A stretch of DNA of 64,000 bases from Bacteroidia bacterium (GTDB lineage: Bacteria; Bacteroidota; Bacteroidia; M30B66), in contig JAIBAI010000003.1 in assembly GCA_019695235.1 (NCBI GenBank), positions 26,390-90,389 on the forward strand, written 5' to 3'. Positions 6,102-17,820 of this stretch are shown here, piece by piece. The notes beneath the pieces are model-generated. The model did no database searches, was not told where the DNA came from, and was given only the letters and a program-made list of their open reading frames with translations. How positions within the stretch are numbered: the stretch's first letter is position 1; each line of letters opens with the position of its first letter. The translations under genes and the position numbers were made by a program.

Positions 6102-9100
6102 ATGAGAAGTTTATTCAGGTTTGTATTCATTTTCTTCCTTGCCCTGTCCCCCGGGCTCTGGTCGCAAACGCCATCATTTACTATAAACCCCACTGGCACC
6201 ATGTCGGTGTGTGCAGGTACCAATGTAGGCCTGACTGCCAATATGAGCAATGCTTTTGCCGGAACCAGCTCTTACAGTGTTGGTGATGTGCCTTTCAGTC
6301 CGTATGCGATACCTGGTGGGATATCATTGAATGTGAACGACGATACCATCATCGGGCCTTTACCTATTGGTTTTCAGTTTTGCTTCTTTGGGAACACCTA
6401 TACACAGTTCTATTTAGGTTCGAATGGCTGGATTGGGTTTAGCCCGGGTCAGGCACGCTCTTTTGTTGCCATGTCTGTGCCTTATGCTTTGCCATCGCCT
6501 CCTAATCCGGGTGTTCCAAAGAACTGCATCATGGGCCCTTGGATGGATTTTAACCCCAAAGTTCCGGGCGGACCCTATATAAAATATCAGACACAAGGAA
6601 CAGCCCCTTACCGCCGTCTGGTGGTTCAATGGACAAACTGCCCTTTGTATATGTGTACAGCCCTAAAGGCAACCCTTCAGATTGTCATCTTTGAAAGCAC
6701 CAATATCATTGAAAACTACATTACCAATAAGCCAACTTGTAACGCATGGGCCGGAGGTACAGCCACTCAGGCATTACATAATCAGACAGGTACCATCGCT
6801 GTAGCAGTTCCGGGGAGAAACGCCGCCGTCTGGACCGCCAATAACGACGGGAAACGATACACCCCCAATGGCCCTCCGGGCTATACAATCAACTGGACAG
6901 CCAATGGATTTCCTATTGGCTCAGGTAATACTGCAAATTATACAGTTAACGCCTTTACCCGACTTATTGGGCGTGCTACCTTTCAATGTAGTAACCTCAT
7001 TCTGTACGATACGCTTGATGTTTCTATCGGAGGGTCTGCCAGTGCTGCTTTTACAGTCAATGGCTCCTCAGCTGCTACTCCGCCGGCTGTTTGTGCAGGG
7101 CAGGCAGTTACGCTCAATTACACAGGAGGTTCAGTAGGTACTGCCGCCTGGACCTTAACAGGTGGAAGCCCTGCAAGTGGCACGGGTTATCCCTCTCAGA
7201 CCGTCACTTATGCCTCGCCCGGTACTTATACAGCAGGCCTCACCATCACGCCTTCCAATGGAGCCTGCTCTCCGGGGAGTGCCTCTAAAACCATTACCGT
7301 GATTGCTGCTCCGGCTGCAACCATGAGCCTTCCGGCAAGCGTTTGTATCAATTCAGCCATCAATGTTAGTTATAGCGGAACCCCCGTTGCGGGTGCCACC
7401 TATACCTGGAATTTCGGCAGCGGGGCCAGTCCGGCAACTGCTACAGGCCCTGGCCCCCATTCAGTACAATGGAGTAGTTCAGGAAGCAAAACCGTAAGCC
7501 TGAGCGTTACTTCCGGCACTTGTACTGCTACCGGTACAGGTACGATTTCAGTTACAACTTCACCCACTGCTTCTTTTACAGTAAGTCCGGCAGCAGTATG
7601 CACAGGTTCAAATGCAACAATTACATTTAACGGTGTTGCTCCGGGCGGAACTTCATATTCATGGAATTTCGGAGCCGGCGCAAGTACGTCCACAGCCAGT
7701 ACAGCAGGCCCTTTCAGCATCAACTGGTCAAGTGCCGGAAGCAAGACAATCAGTCTGACGGTAAGTGCCGGAGGCTGTACATCCACAAATACCCAAAATC
7801 TTACAGTAAGCAGCCCGCCATCAGCCAACTTCAATCTTCCGGCAAATGTATGCGTGGGTGCCAATGCCACTATAAACTATACGGGAGGTGCTGCTGCCCC
7901 TCCTGCTGCTACATACACCTGGAATCTTGGTGGAGGTAGCCCCGCTGCAGGTAACGTACAAGGGCCACTGAGCATTAGCTGGGCCACACCGGGCACAAAA
8001 ACAGTGAGCTTAAGTGTTGCGCAGAACGGATGCACCTCAACACCGGTGTCGAAAAACATTACTGTTACTCCATTACCTACCGTGAGTATTGCCGCTACAC
8101 CGTCATCGCAATGTATCAACCAACCGGTATCTATAGGTATCAGCGGACCTGCTCCTGTGCCGGGCTCCACTTATCAATGGACCTTCACGGGTGGAAGCCC
8201 TGCAAGTTCAACTTCTACCGGACCGGTAAACGTATCCTGGCCTACAGCGGGCAGTAAAACAGCCAGCCTGGTGCTTACAAGTAATGGATGTGCATCACTT
8301 CCGGCAAGTACCACAATTACTGTCACAAATCCCGCTTCTGCAACATTAAGTGTACCTGCCACTGCTTGTGTTGGTGCACCAATCAGCATTTCTGCCGCAG
8401 GTGTATTTGCCGGAGGAACTACATTCACATGGAATTTCAATGGTGGTACCATCCTGAGTGGATCCGGACAAGGGCCCTACAGCATCAGCTGGGGCAGCGC
8501 CGGAGCCAAAACAGTAGGTCTGACAACCAGTCTTGGTGCGTGCTCGTCAACTTCATCAGGAAACATTACAATTCAAGCTGCTCCTATCGTTTCAATCGGT
8601 GCACCGGCTACTGTATGTGAAGGGCAGGCAGCAGCTATTAATTTCACCGGAACAGCAGCAGCAGGCGCTACCTACAACTGGAACTTTGGCGCCGGTGCAA
8701 GTCCGGCTACAGCAAGTACCGCCGGCCCTCATTCAGTAACCTGGACTGGTTCGGGCAGTAAAACCGTGAGTCTGAGCGTAAGTGCAGGAGGATGCACCAC
8801 GTCGTCAACCCAAACACTTACAGTTCAGCCTGCCATTACACCAGGCATCAGCCTCCCTGCAGGTATCTGCGTTGGCAGCAGCAATAGCGTATCCTACAGT
8901 GGCAGTATCACTGCGGGGGCATCTTATTCATGGAATTTCGGAACCGCTGCCAGTCCGGCAACGGCTACAGGCATCGGACCACACGCTGTAAGTTGGTCAT
9001 CATCCGGCTCAAAAACCATTTCATTGACTGTTAGTGCAAATGGTTGCTCATACAATGCCAGTACAACAGCAGTGGTAAATGCACTTCCGGCGGTAAATAT

Positions 9101-12100
9101 CAGTCTTCCGGCAACAGCCTGTATAGGTGCAAATACTTCCATTTCAACAGGTATGGCGGCAGGAGCCACTTACTCATGGAACTTTGGTGCTGGCGCTACT
9201 CCTGCAAGCGCCGTAGGTAACGGACCGCACAGTGTTTCATGGTTGGCGACTGGCACAAAGACAATCAGTTTAAGTGCAACACAAAACGGATGTACTGCAA
9301 ATGCAAGCAGCACGATTGCTGTACAAGCATTACCAGGAGCAAGTTTCAGCCTGCCCGCAACTGCCTGTGCAGGTACTCAGGTTAACATTGCCTACACCGG
9401 TTCATCTCCTGCAAGTGCTTCATTTAACTGGAACTTCGGGGTGGGTGCTACGCCTGCAACGGCAAGTGGTATAGGCCCGCATCAGGTAAGTTTTACCGCA
9501 GGAAATAAAATTGTAAGTCTCTCGGTAACCGAAAACGGCTGCACATCAACACCATTTACACAGGGTATCTCTATTAGCCCCAGCCCAACTGCAAGTTTCA
9601 GTCTTAACTCAGCAACGTGTGTCAATTCTGCGGCAACAGCTAATTACACAGGTTCTGCCGGAGCAGGTGCAAGTTTTGCCTGGTCGTACCCCGGGGGCAC
9701 ATTATTAATTGGCTCAGGAAGCGGTCCACTGCAGATTTCATGGTCATCGGCAGGTGTGAAAACCGTAAGTCTTGTAGTTACTGAAAATGGCTGTAGCTCA
9801 ACTGGCGGAACAGCAAATGTCACTGTGAACAGCCCGGCGGTATTTAGTATCAGCTCGCCAGGATATGCCGGTGTAGGCATGCCGGCGACCATTACCTACA
9901 GCGGCACTCAGCCTGCAGGAGCCATATATTCATGGAATTTTGATGGAGCAACGGTACTTTCCGGAAGCGGAGCCGGCCCTTATTCAGTGAGCTGGCCTGC
10001 TGCCGGAACAAAAAATATCACTTGCACAGTAACGGTAAATGGTTGTGCGCCGGGTACCGCAACGGCTGCAACGCAGGTAGTTTCGGGTGCAATAGTTAGC
10101 TTCTCTGCCCAAAGCCCTCTATGCGAAAACCAGGCCGGGTCGGTACAGTTTACAGGCCTGACATTTGGCAACCCCAGCTACCAATGGGATTTTGACGGTG
10201 GTACGATTATTTCAGGTGCTGGTCCGGGTCCTTTTCAAATTAGCTGGCCTACAGCGGGCAACAAAACAATTCGCTTGCGTGTTACCGACCTGGGTATCAC
10301 CTCGGCTGATGTAACCATGCCTGTAACGGTCAATGCCATTCCCACAGCGAGCTTCTCTGTGCCGACCAATATTTGCTCCGGACGTGATCTGGCAATTAAT
10401 TACTCTGGTAATGGCTCTCCTGGAGCAATTTTACAATGGAACTTCGGTTCAGGTACGGTGAATGGAAGCCCGGGGCGCAATAATCTTGTACAGTTTCCTA
10501 CAGGCAATACTGCTGTAAGCCTTACGGTTAGCGAAAATGGATGCACCTCAACAAGCACCACAATGCCATTGAGTGTTAATCTTACACCAAGCAGCAACTT
10601 TACTACTATTCAGACCGTTTGCGAAGGTGAAATTGGAAACTTGGTTTATACCGGAAATGCTGGTACTGCGGCAAGTTATCAATGGTCATTCCCAGGTGGT
10701 TCTCATATTTCAGGGAGCAGTCCGGATACAGTAAAAATTCTCTGGCAACAAGCTGGTAGCCCAACCGTATCATTGAGTGTTGATTTACAGGGTTGTATTT
10801 CTGACCCTTTCAGCCTTCCGGTGCTGGTGAAAGCGAAGCCATTGGCCGACTTCAGTATTCAGTCAGGTGACTGCACCGGCGATACCGTTCAAGTTATTTT
10901 CACTGGCACAGCATCTTCGTCTGCCATTTTCAACTGGTCATATCCGGGTACTGCTTACAACGCAGGTAGTGGATTTGGCCCGCTGAGCCTGGTTTACCCG
11001 AACGCTGGTAAGCAGTACGTGTCGCTTCAGGTGAATGATGCAGGCTGTTTGTCGGATAGGGTTACAGACAGTTTAATGCAGCATCAGGCATACACCGCCA
11101 CCTTCTCACTAACAGACACCATTTATGTTAGTCAAAGCGCACAGGCGACGTACACCGGCAATGCACCTTCATCTGTTGGCCTCTCGTGGCGCTATCCTGC
11201 TGGCATACTTCAAAGTGGTTCCGGGCCAGGACCTTTGCATATCAGTTGGAACCAGGCCGGAACGCAGCAAGTATTTTTACAGTTGAATAATCAGGGTTGC
11301 TTATCACCTGAAATCAGTCAGGATGTAGTTGTATTACCAATTCCTTCCTCACAGTTTTTTGTGTCAAATGATAGTATTTGCACCGGTACGATGGTATGGG
11401 CAAATTACGGAGGGCCGGTTGTTGCAGCCGCCCAGTATCAGTGGGATTTCAATGGTGCAAATGTACTTTCCGGAAGTGGTGCTGGTCCTTACCAATTGGA
11501 ATGGGACAGTGCTGGTTTGAAAAATATTCGTCTGGAGGTAAGTATCAACGGGCAAAGTTCGGCCCTGTGGCAAGAAACCATACAGGTAATTGAAATGCCG
11601 CGTGCCCCATTTACACTTCCGGCAAATGTTTGTGCAGGAGAAACTATTACGCCAACATACACCGGAACTACCAGCAGTTCGAGTATGTTTAGCTGGTCGT
11701 TTGCCGATGGAAATGCTACTAACGCGCAAACTGCGCAACCTTCGTTTACATGGGCTACTCCGGGACAAAAAACGGTAACGCTCAGCGTAGCCGATGCGAT
11801 GTGTATTTCAACACTTGAAAGCCAGGCTATTACTGTATTTGCAATACCTCAGGCAAGTTTTAGTGCACCTGATCATGCTTGTCTGGGCACAACAATAGAT
11901 TTGAATTATACAGGCAATGCCGGTGTTGCAGCTCAATATAGCTGGAATCTTGCCGGAGCATCTGGTACTAATCCGGTTTCAAATGCACCTTTTGGCGTGC
12001 AATGGACTACTACCGGAATAAAGCAAATCAGCCTGCAGGTGCAGGAGAACGGTTGTTCTTCAGCAATTTTTACGCACAACATAGATGTAAAAACTCCACC

Positions 12101-13367
12101 GGTAGTTTATGCAGGAACCGACCAATTGCTGTGTTCAGGAGATACTATCACACTTGAGGCCAGCGGTGATGCCGGGCTGCAATACAAATGGTTCCCTACA
12201 GGCGGACTCAATGCCGATACCATTGCCAACCCGGAACTAAGTTTGAGGGCTGTACACAGTTATGTTGATACATTGCAATTCAGGGTTGAGGCAAATGATG
12301 GCTATTGTAGAGCATCCGACACATTGTTTGTGACATTGGCACCCATGCCGGAAGCACAGTTCAGCGTACCTGTACCACAATGTTTTGAGGGCAATTCATT
12401 TGATTTCAAAGCTGATGGTGCTTATACAGATGATGCTACTTTTAGCTGGAATTTCGGAGCGAATGCATACAGTCATACGCCTTATGAAAAAAATCAAGAC
12501 AATATTCATTTCGAGCAGGAAGGCACCCATCCGGTAAGTTTAATCATCAGTCAATACGGTTGCACCAGTGAGCGCTTTACCCGCGAAATCACTGTCTTCG
12601 GGCATCCTGATGCACAGTTGAGTGTTAGTCCGACAAAAGGTTGTGTGCCTTTGCAAAGTACATTTAGCGCTGGCAATGCCAATCCCTCAAATACTTACAC
12701 CTGGAATTTCGGAGATGGTCGTACAGGCACCGGACAATCAGTTTCGCATACCTATCAGGTTTCGGGCTATATGACGGTTGAGTTGCTGGTAAATGACTCG
12801 AACGGGTGCAAAACCATCGTACGTGAAGAAGGTGCTGTTGAGGTGCTTGAAAGACCAATTGCCGGATTCAGCATATATCCTGAGCTGGTTTACCTTGGTT
12901 CAGAAGTGGGATTAACGAATCTCTCGCACAACGCCAAATTCAGTTATTATATCATTGACAATGATACGATTCTGGGTGCTACAACAGCGTACTCATTTTC
13001 AAGCGAAGGAACCCATTTAATTACCCAGGTAGTGGTTAACTCAAAAGGTTGTCAGGATGAAATAAGCCATCAGGTACTTGTTGAACATGCAACAACATTA
13101 TTTATACCTACTGCTTTCACCCCGAACAATGATGGCAACAATGATTTATTCAAAATTGAAGGTACTGAATTGTATCAATACAATCTGATTGTTTTTGATC
13201 GTTGGGGCACCGAAGTGTTTAGCAGCAGAGATATCAATGAAGGCTGGACGGGTTATGACCTTGGTGGCGAACCTTTACCGGAAGGGGTTTATGGCTATAT
13301 GCTTGAAGCCCGGGATAAAGACAATCAGGACATTCGCGAAAGCGGCCAGGTAACCCTGATTCGCTAA
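6102..13367 (+). CDS. Giant (about 2420 aa) PKD-like repeat surface protein with a type B T9SS sorting domain (gliding-motility-associated C-terminal domain)
   Basis: Signal peptide MRSLFRFVFIFFLALSPGLWSQ; the ATG at 6102 is preferred over the TTG at 6081. It carries 20 consecutive ~84-aa modules plus 3 more, one of them a canonical PKD (YTWNFGDGRTGTGQSVSHTY). The C-terminus is LFIPTAFTPNNDGNNDLFKIEG...LIVFDRWGTEVF...GVYGYMLEA. Confidence 0.9.
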   Translation: MRSLFRFVFIFFLALSPGLWSQTPSFTINPTGTMSVCAGTNVGLTANMSNAFAGTSSYSVGDVPFSPYAIPGGISLNVNDDTIIGPLPIGFQFCFFGNTYTQFYLGSNGWIGFSPGQARSFVAMSVPYALPSPPNPGVPKNCIMGPWMDFNPKVPGGPYIKYQTQGTAPYRRLVVQWTNCPLYMCTALKATLQIVIFESTNIIENYITNKPTCNAWAGGTATQALHNQTGTIAVAVPGRNAAVWTANNDGKRYTPNGPPGYTINWTANGFPIGSGNTANYTVNAFTRLIGRATFQCSNLILYDTLDVSIGGSASAAFTVNGSSAATPPAVCAGQAVTLNYTGGSVGTAAWTLTGGSPASGTGYPSQTVTYASPGTYTAGLTITPSNGACSPGSASKTITVIAAPAATMSLPASVCINSAINVSYSGTPVAGATYTWNFGSGASPATATGPGPHSVQWSSSGSKTVSLSVTSGTCTATGTGTISVTTSPTASFTVSPAAVCTGSNATITFNGVAPGGTSYSWNFGAGASTSTASTAGPFSINWSSAGSKTISLTVSAGGCTSTNTQNLTVSSPPSANFNLPANVCVGANATINYTGGAAAPPAATYTWNLGGGSPAAGNVQGPLSISWATPGTKTVSLSVAQNGCTSTPVSKNITVTPLPTVSIAATPSSQCINQPVSIGISGPAPVPGSTYQWTFTGGSPASSTSTGPVNVSWPTAGSKTASLVLTSNGCASLPASTTITVTNPASATLSVPATACVGAPISISAAGVFAGGTTFTWNFNGGTILSGSGQGPYSISWGSAGAKTVGLTTSLGACSSTSSGNITIQAAPIVSIGAPATVCEGQAAAINFTGTAAAGATYNWNFGAGASPATASTAGPHSVTWTGSGSKTVSLSVSAGGCTTSSTQTLTVQPAITPGISLPAGICVGSSNSVSYSGSITAGASYSWNFGTAASPATATGIGPHAVSWSSSGSKTISLTVSANGCSYNASTTAVVNALPAVNISLPATACIGANTSISTGMAAGATYSWNFGAGATPASAVGNGPHSVSWLATGTKTISLSATQNGCTANASSTIAVQALPGASFSLPATACAGTQVNIAYTGSSPASASFNWNFGVGATPATASGIGPHQVSFTAGNKIVSLSVTENGCTSTPFTQGISISPSPTASFSLNSATCVNSAATANYTGSAGAGASFAWSYPGGTLLIGSGSGPLQISWSSAGVKTVSLVVTENGCSSTGGTANVTVNSPAVFSISSPGYAGVGMPATITYSGTQPAGAIYSWNFDGATVLSGSGAGPYSVSWPAAGTKNITCTVTVNGCAPGTATAATQVVSGAIVSFSAQSPLCENQAGSVQFTGLTFGNPSYQWDFDGGTIISGAGPGPFQISWPTAGNKTIRLRVTDLGITSADVTMPVTVNAIPTASFSVPTNICSGRDLAINYSGNGSPGAILQWNFGSGTVNGSPGRNNLVQFPTGNTAVSLTVSENGCTSTSTTMPLSVNLTPSSNFTTIQTVCEGEIGNLVYTGNAGTAASYQWSFPGGSHISGSSPDTVKILWQQAGSPTVSLSVDLQGCISDPFSLPVLVKAKPLADFSIQSGDCTGDTVQVIFTGTASSSAIFNWSYPGTAYNAGSGFGPLSLVYPNAGKQYVSLQVNDAGCLSDRVTDSLMQHQAYTATFSLTDTIYVSQSAQATYTGNAPSSVGLSWRYPAGILQSGSGPGPLHISWNQAGTQQVFLQLNNQGCLSPEISQDVVVLPIPSSQFFVSNDSICTGTMVWANYGGPVVAAAQYQWDFNGANVLSGSGAGPYQLEWDSAGLKNIRLEVSINGQSSALWQETIQVIEMPRAPFTLPANVCAGETITPTYTGTTSSSSMFSWSFADGNATNAQTAQPSFTWATPGQKTVTLSVADAMCISTLESQAITVFAIPQASFSAPDHACLGTTIDLNYTGNAGVAAQYSWNLAGASGTNPVSNAPFGVQWTTTGIKQISLQVQENGCSSAIFTHNIDVKTPPVVYAGTDQLLCSGDTITLEASGDAGLQYKWFPTGGLNADTIANPELSLRAVHSYVDTLQFRVEANDGYCRASDTLFVTLAPMPEAQFSVPVPQCFEGNSFDFKADGAYTDDATFSWNFGANAYSHTPYEKNQDNIHFEQEGTHPVSLIISQYGCTSERFTREITVFGHPDAQLSVSPTKGCVPLQSTFSAGNANPSNTYTWNFGDGRTGTGQSVSHTYQVSGYMTVELLVNDSNGCKTIVREEGAVEVLERPIAGFSIYPELVYLGSEVGLTNLSHNAKFSYYIIDNDTILGATTAYSFSSEGTHLITQVVVNSKGCQDEISHQVLVEHATTLFIPTAFTPNNDGNNDLFKIEGTELYQYNLIVFDRWGTEVFSSRDINEGWTGYDLGGEPLPEGVYGYMLEARDKDNQDIRESGQVTLIR
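7035..12101 (+). repeat. Array of 20 tandem divergent ~253-nt (84-aa) PKD-like coding modules
   Basis: Each module follows F/L.(L/V)P..(V/A)C.G....I.Y.G....GA.Y.WNFG.GA.PA.A.G.GPH.V.W...G.KT.SL.V...GC.S......(I/L)TV. I segmented the translation by hand into 20 back-to-back units. Confidence 0.8.
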
Positions 13368-13409
13368 GCTATAAAAGGACTTTTTTATCTTCTTTTGCCG
13401 GAAAGATTT

Positions 13410-14555
13410 TCAGGCTGTCACCTCAGTCTCTTCGGCAATTCCGTAATTGCGAATCACCTTATACAAGGTATCCCGCTCAACAGGAATCTTTCCTGCCTGT
13501 CTGATTAATTCAACCAGTTCGCTTGTGCTTAGTGAAGGGTTTTGCTCCTCAGAACCCGCCATAGAATAGATTTTTGTTGAATCATCTATTGTGCCATCTA
13601 TATCATCCACACCAAATGAAAGGGAGAGCTGGGCAGTGTTTCGGCCAATCATTGGCCAGTAGGCTTTCAGATGGGCAAAGTTATCCATGTAGATGCGTGA
13701 TACCGCATAGTTTTTCAAATCCTCAATAACAGATACTTCAGGCACATCAGACATCTGGTTGTCTTTGTTCCGGAATTTCAGTGGAATAAACGTGTTGAAT
13801 CCGCCGGTTTTATCCTGAAGTTTTCGCAGGCGTTCCATGTGGTCTATGCGGTGATGGTATTTTTCTATATGGCCGTATAACATCGTTGCATTAGAAGGCA
13901 TGCCTAGTTTGTGTGCAGTTTCATGCATTTGCAGCCATTCAGTGGCATTGCATTTGTCACCTGCAATGACACTGCGAAGTTCTTCGTCGAAAATTTCTGC
14001 ACCCCCACCTGGCAGTGAATCCTGACCATGTTCCTTCAGAATCCGCAGGCCTTCTTCATAACTCAGTTTGGCTTTACGACACATGTACTCAAGCTCAACC
14101 GCAGTAAATGCTTTTACATGAATTTCTGGCCGTATTTCTTTGATTTTTTTTATCAGTGATGCAAAATAATGCAAACCCATTTTCGGATGTACCCCGCCTA
14201 CAATATGCACCTCGGTAACAGGTATCCCGTCGTATGAACGCACCTTTTCAAGAATTTCATGTTCACTGAGTTCCCATGCTTCCTGTTTCTCTTTTAGAAG
14301 CCTTGAATAAGAACAAAACTTACAATCGTACACACAGATGTTGGTAGGTTCGATATGAAAATTCCGATTGAAAAAAGTAAACTTTCCATGCATCCGCTCA
14401 CGGATGGTATTGGCCAGTGCCCCTACAAAACCCAGGTCTTTTGATTCAAACAACACTTCAGCTTCAGCAGACTGGATACGTTCTCCGGCATGAACCTTTT
14501 CAACTATCTGAAGAAGTAAAGGATCTGTAAGGGTTTTATTGTACAAGGAAATCAT
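13410..14555 (-). CDS. Radical SAM enzyme of the CofH/MqnC/MqnE family (futalosine-pathway type: aminofutalosine synthase or dehypoxanthine futalosine cyclase)
   Basis: Radical SAM cluster motif NICVYDCKFCSY. Also VTEVHIVGGVHP, LPGGGAEIF and FIPLKF with a C-terminal DGTIDD region, all typical of this family. The ATG at 14555 (MISLYNK) is preferred over the TTG at 14582. Confidence 0.75.
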   Translation of the reverse strand: MISLYNKTLTDPLLLQIVEKVHAGERIQSAEAEVLFESKDLGFVGALANTIRERMHGKFTFFNRNFHIEPTNICVYDCKFCSYSRLLKEKQEAWELSEHEILEKVRSYDGIPVTEVHIVGGVHPKMGLHYFASLIKKIKEIRPEIHVKAFTAVELEYMCRKAKLSYEEGLRILKEHGQDSLPGGGAEIFDEELRSVIAGDKCNATEWLQMHETAHKLGMPSNATMLYGHIEKYHHRIDHMERLRKLQDKTGGFNTFIPLKFRNKDNQMSDVPEVSVIEDLKNYAVSRIYMDNFAHLKAYWPMIGRNTAQLSLSFGVDDIDGTIDDSTKIYSMAGSEEQNPSLSTSELVELIRQAGKIPVERDTLYKVIRNYGIAEETEVTA

Positions 14556-14571
14556 TTGTAAAATTTTGATT

Positions 14572-16801
<2,230 letters not shown>

Positions 16802-16938
16802 TCAGGCGATTACATATTACTTTGAGCCTCTTTTATCAGGATTTGTGTCACATTCAGTCTAGAATTAAACAGGAGAAGATACTATTTTTACACCATCTAT
16901 CCTTATGGTCGAACCCATATCACTATCGAATATAACTT

Positions 16939-17820
16939 ATGCTTGAGTTACTTCAAGATTTTCGGCCGGAAGATGAACTTATACAAACGAGTTGGACAAA
17001 ACAGGCGGGAATAGGCCTTTACATAAGGCGTTTCGATCGCTTTCACCCCTTTGTTTCAGGTAATAAACCGTATAAATTAAGCGGTTGGCTTAAGTTGCAT
17101 CAAAAAGGGCAGGCTATTGTATCATTTGGCGGCGTCTGGTCAAACCATCTGCTTGCCCTGGCAGTAATGGGTAAGCATGCAGGCATTGCAACCATTGGAA
17201 TAGTCAGGGGTGAACGCGTTTCTAATCCGGTGATAGATATCATCACAGAAGCAGGTATGCAACTACATTTTGTAAATAGGGCTGCCTATAGACTCAAAGA
17301 AAAAAGTAGGGAGATTGCTTCAATCATACAGCAATCTGGTGAAACATTGCTTGTGCCTGAGGGTGGAGCCGGATTACCGGGAGTTCAGGGCGCTGCATTA
17401 ATGGTAGGTCATCAGGAGCCTTACGATTGGGTAATTCTGCCCGGGGGTACCGGAACCTGTACCGCCGGTGTGGCACAAAAGCTTTCAGGTTCACGTGCAA
17501 CAAAAATTCTGGCTTTCCAGGCACTCAAAGGAGAAAATATTTTGCAACATGAAGTATTTCAACGCAGCGGAATTGACCTGAGGCAGTTTCCACTACTTGT
17601 GATCAATGAAGATTTTCACTTCGGAGGATTTGCCCGGTTTCCTGAAATTTTACAACAGTTTGAAAAGCAATGGGCGCATGAAACCAGTGTTTTCCTTGAT
17701 CGTGTGTATGGATTAAAAGCAATGGCAGGTATTAAAACAAAAGCCTTGAACGGGTTTTTCAAACCCGGTTCAAGGCTTTTATATCTACATACAGGTGGAT
17801 TTACCGGTATTAAATCTTAA
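16939..17820 (+). CDS. PLP-dependent enzyme, ACC deaminase / D-cysteine desulfhydrase family
   Basis: SGNKPYKL (PLP lysine motif, variant of GNKxRKL), FGGVWSNHLLALAV, and LVPEGGAG in the glycine-rich loop region. Confidence 0.75.
   Translation: MLELLQDFRPEDELIQTSWTKQAGIGLYIRRFDRFHPFVSGNKPYKLSGWLKLHQKGQAIVSFGGVWSNHLLALAVMGKHAGIATIGIVRGERVSNPVIDIITEAGMQLHFVNRAAYRLKEKSREIASIIQQSGETLLVPEGGAGLPGVQGAALMVGHQEPYDWVILPGGTGTCTAGVAQKLSGSRATKILAFQALKGENILQHEVFQRSGIDLRQFPLLVINEDFHFGGFARFPEILQQFEKQWAHETSVFLDRVYGLKAMAGIKTKALNGFFKPGSRLLYLHTGGFTGIKS

Noticed and set aside
5915-6286. 123-aa plus-strand ORF overlapping the start of the giant adhesin gene
   Set aside because: It is in a different frame from the convincing signal-peptide start at 6102, and it begins inside the terminator-like hairpin. 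The composition is low-complexity and Cys/His-rich, typical of an off-frame reading.
6868-11778. About 20 ORFs of 60-156 aa on both strands inside 6102..13367 (for example 7400..7870, 7877..8170, 8174..8452, 8924..9169 and 11364..11768)
   Set aside because: All lie within the PKD-like repeat array. The repetitive Gly/Ala/Ser/Thr codon usage keeps alternative frames open. Their translations are low-complexity (Pro/Ala/Val/Leu runs) and mirror the repeat period.
7035-12101. Regular ~253-nt periodicity considered as a possible CRISPR or satellite array
   Set aside because: The units are divergent at the nucleotide level, there is no short identical repeat/spacer structure, and the whole region is one uninterrupted protein-coding frame.
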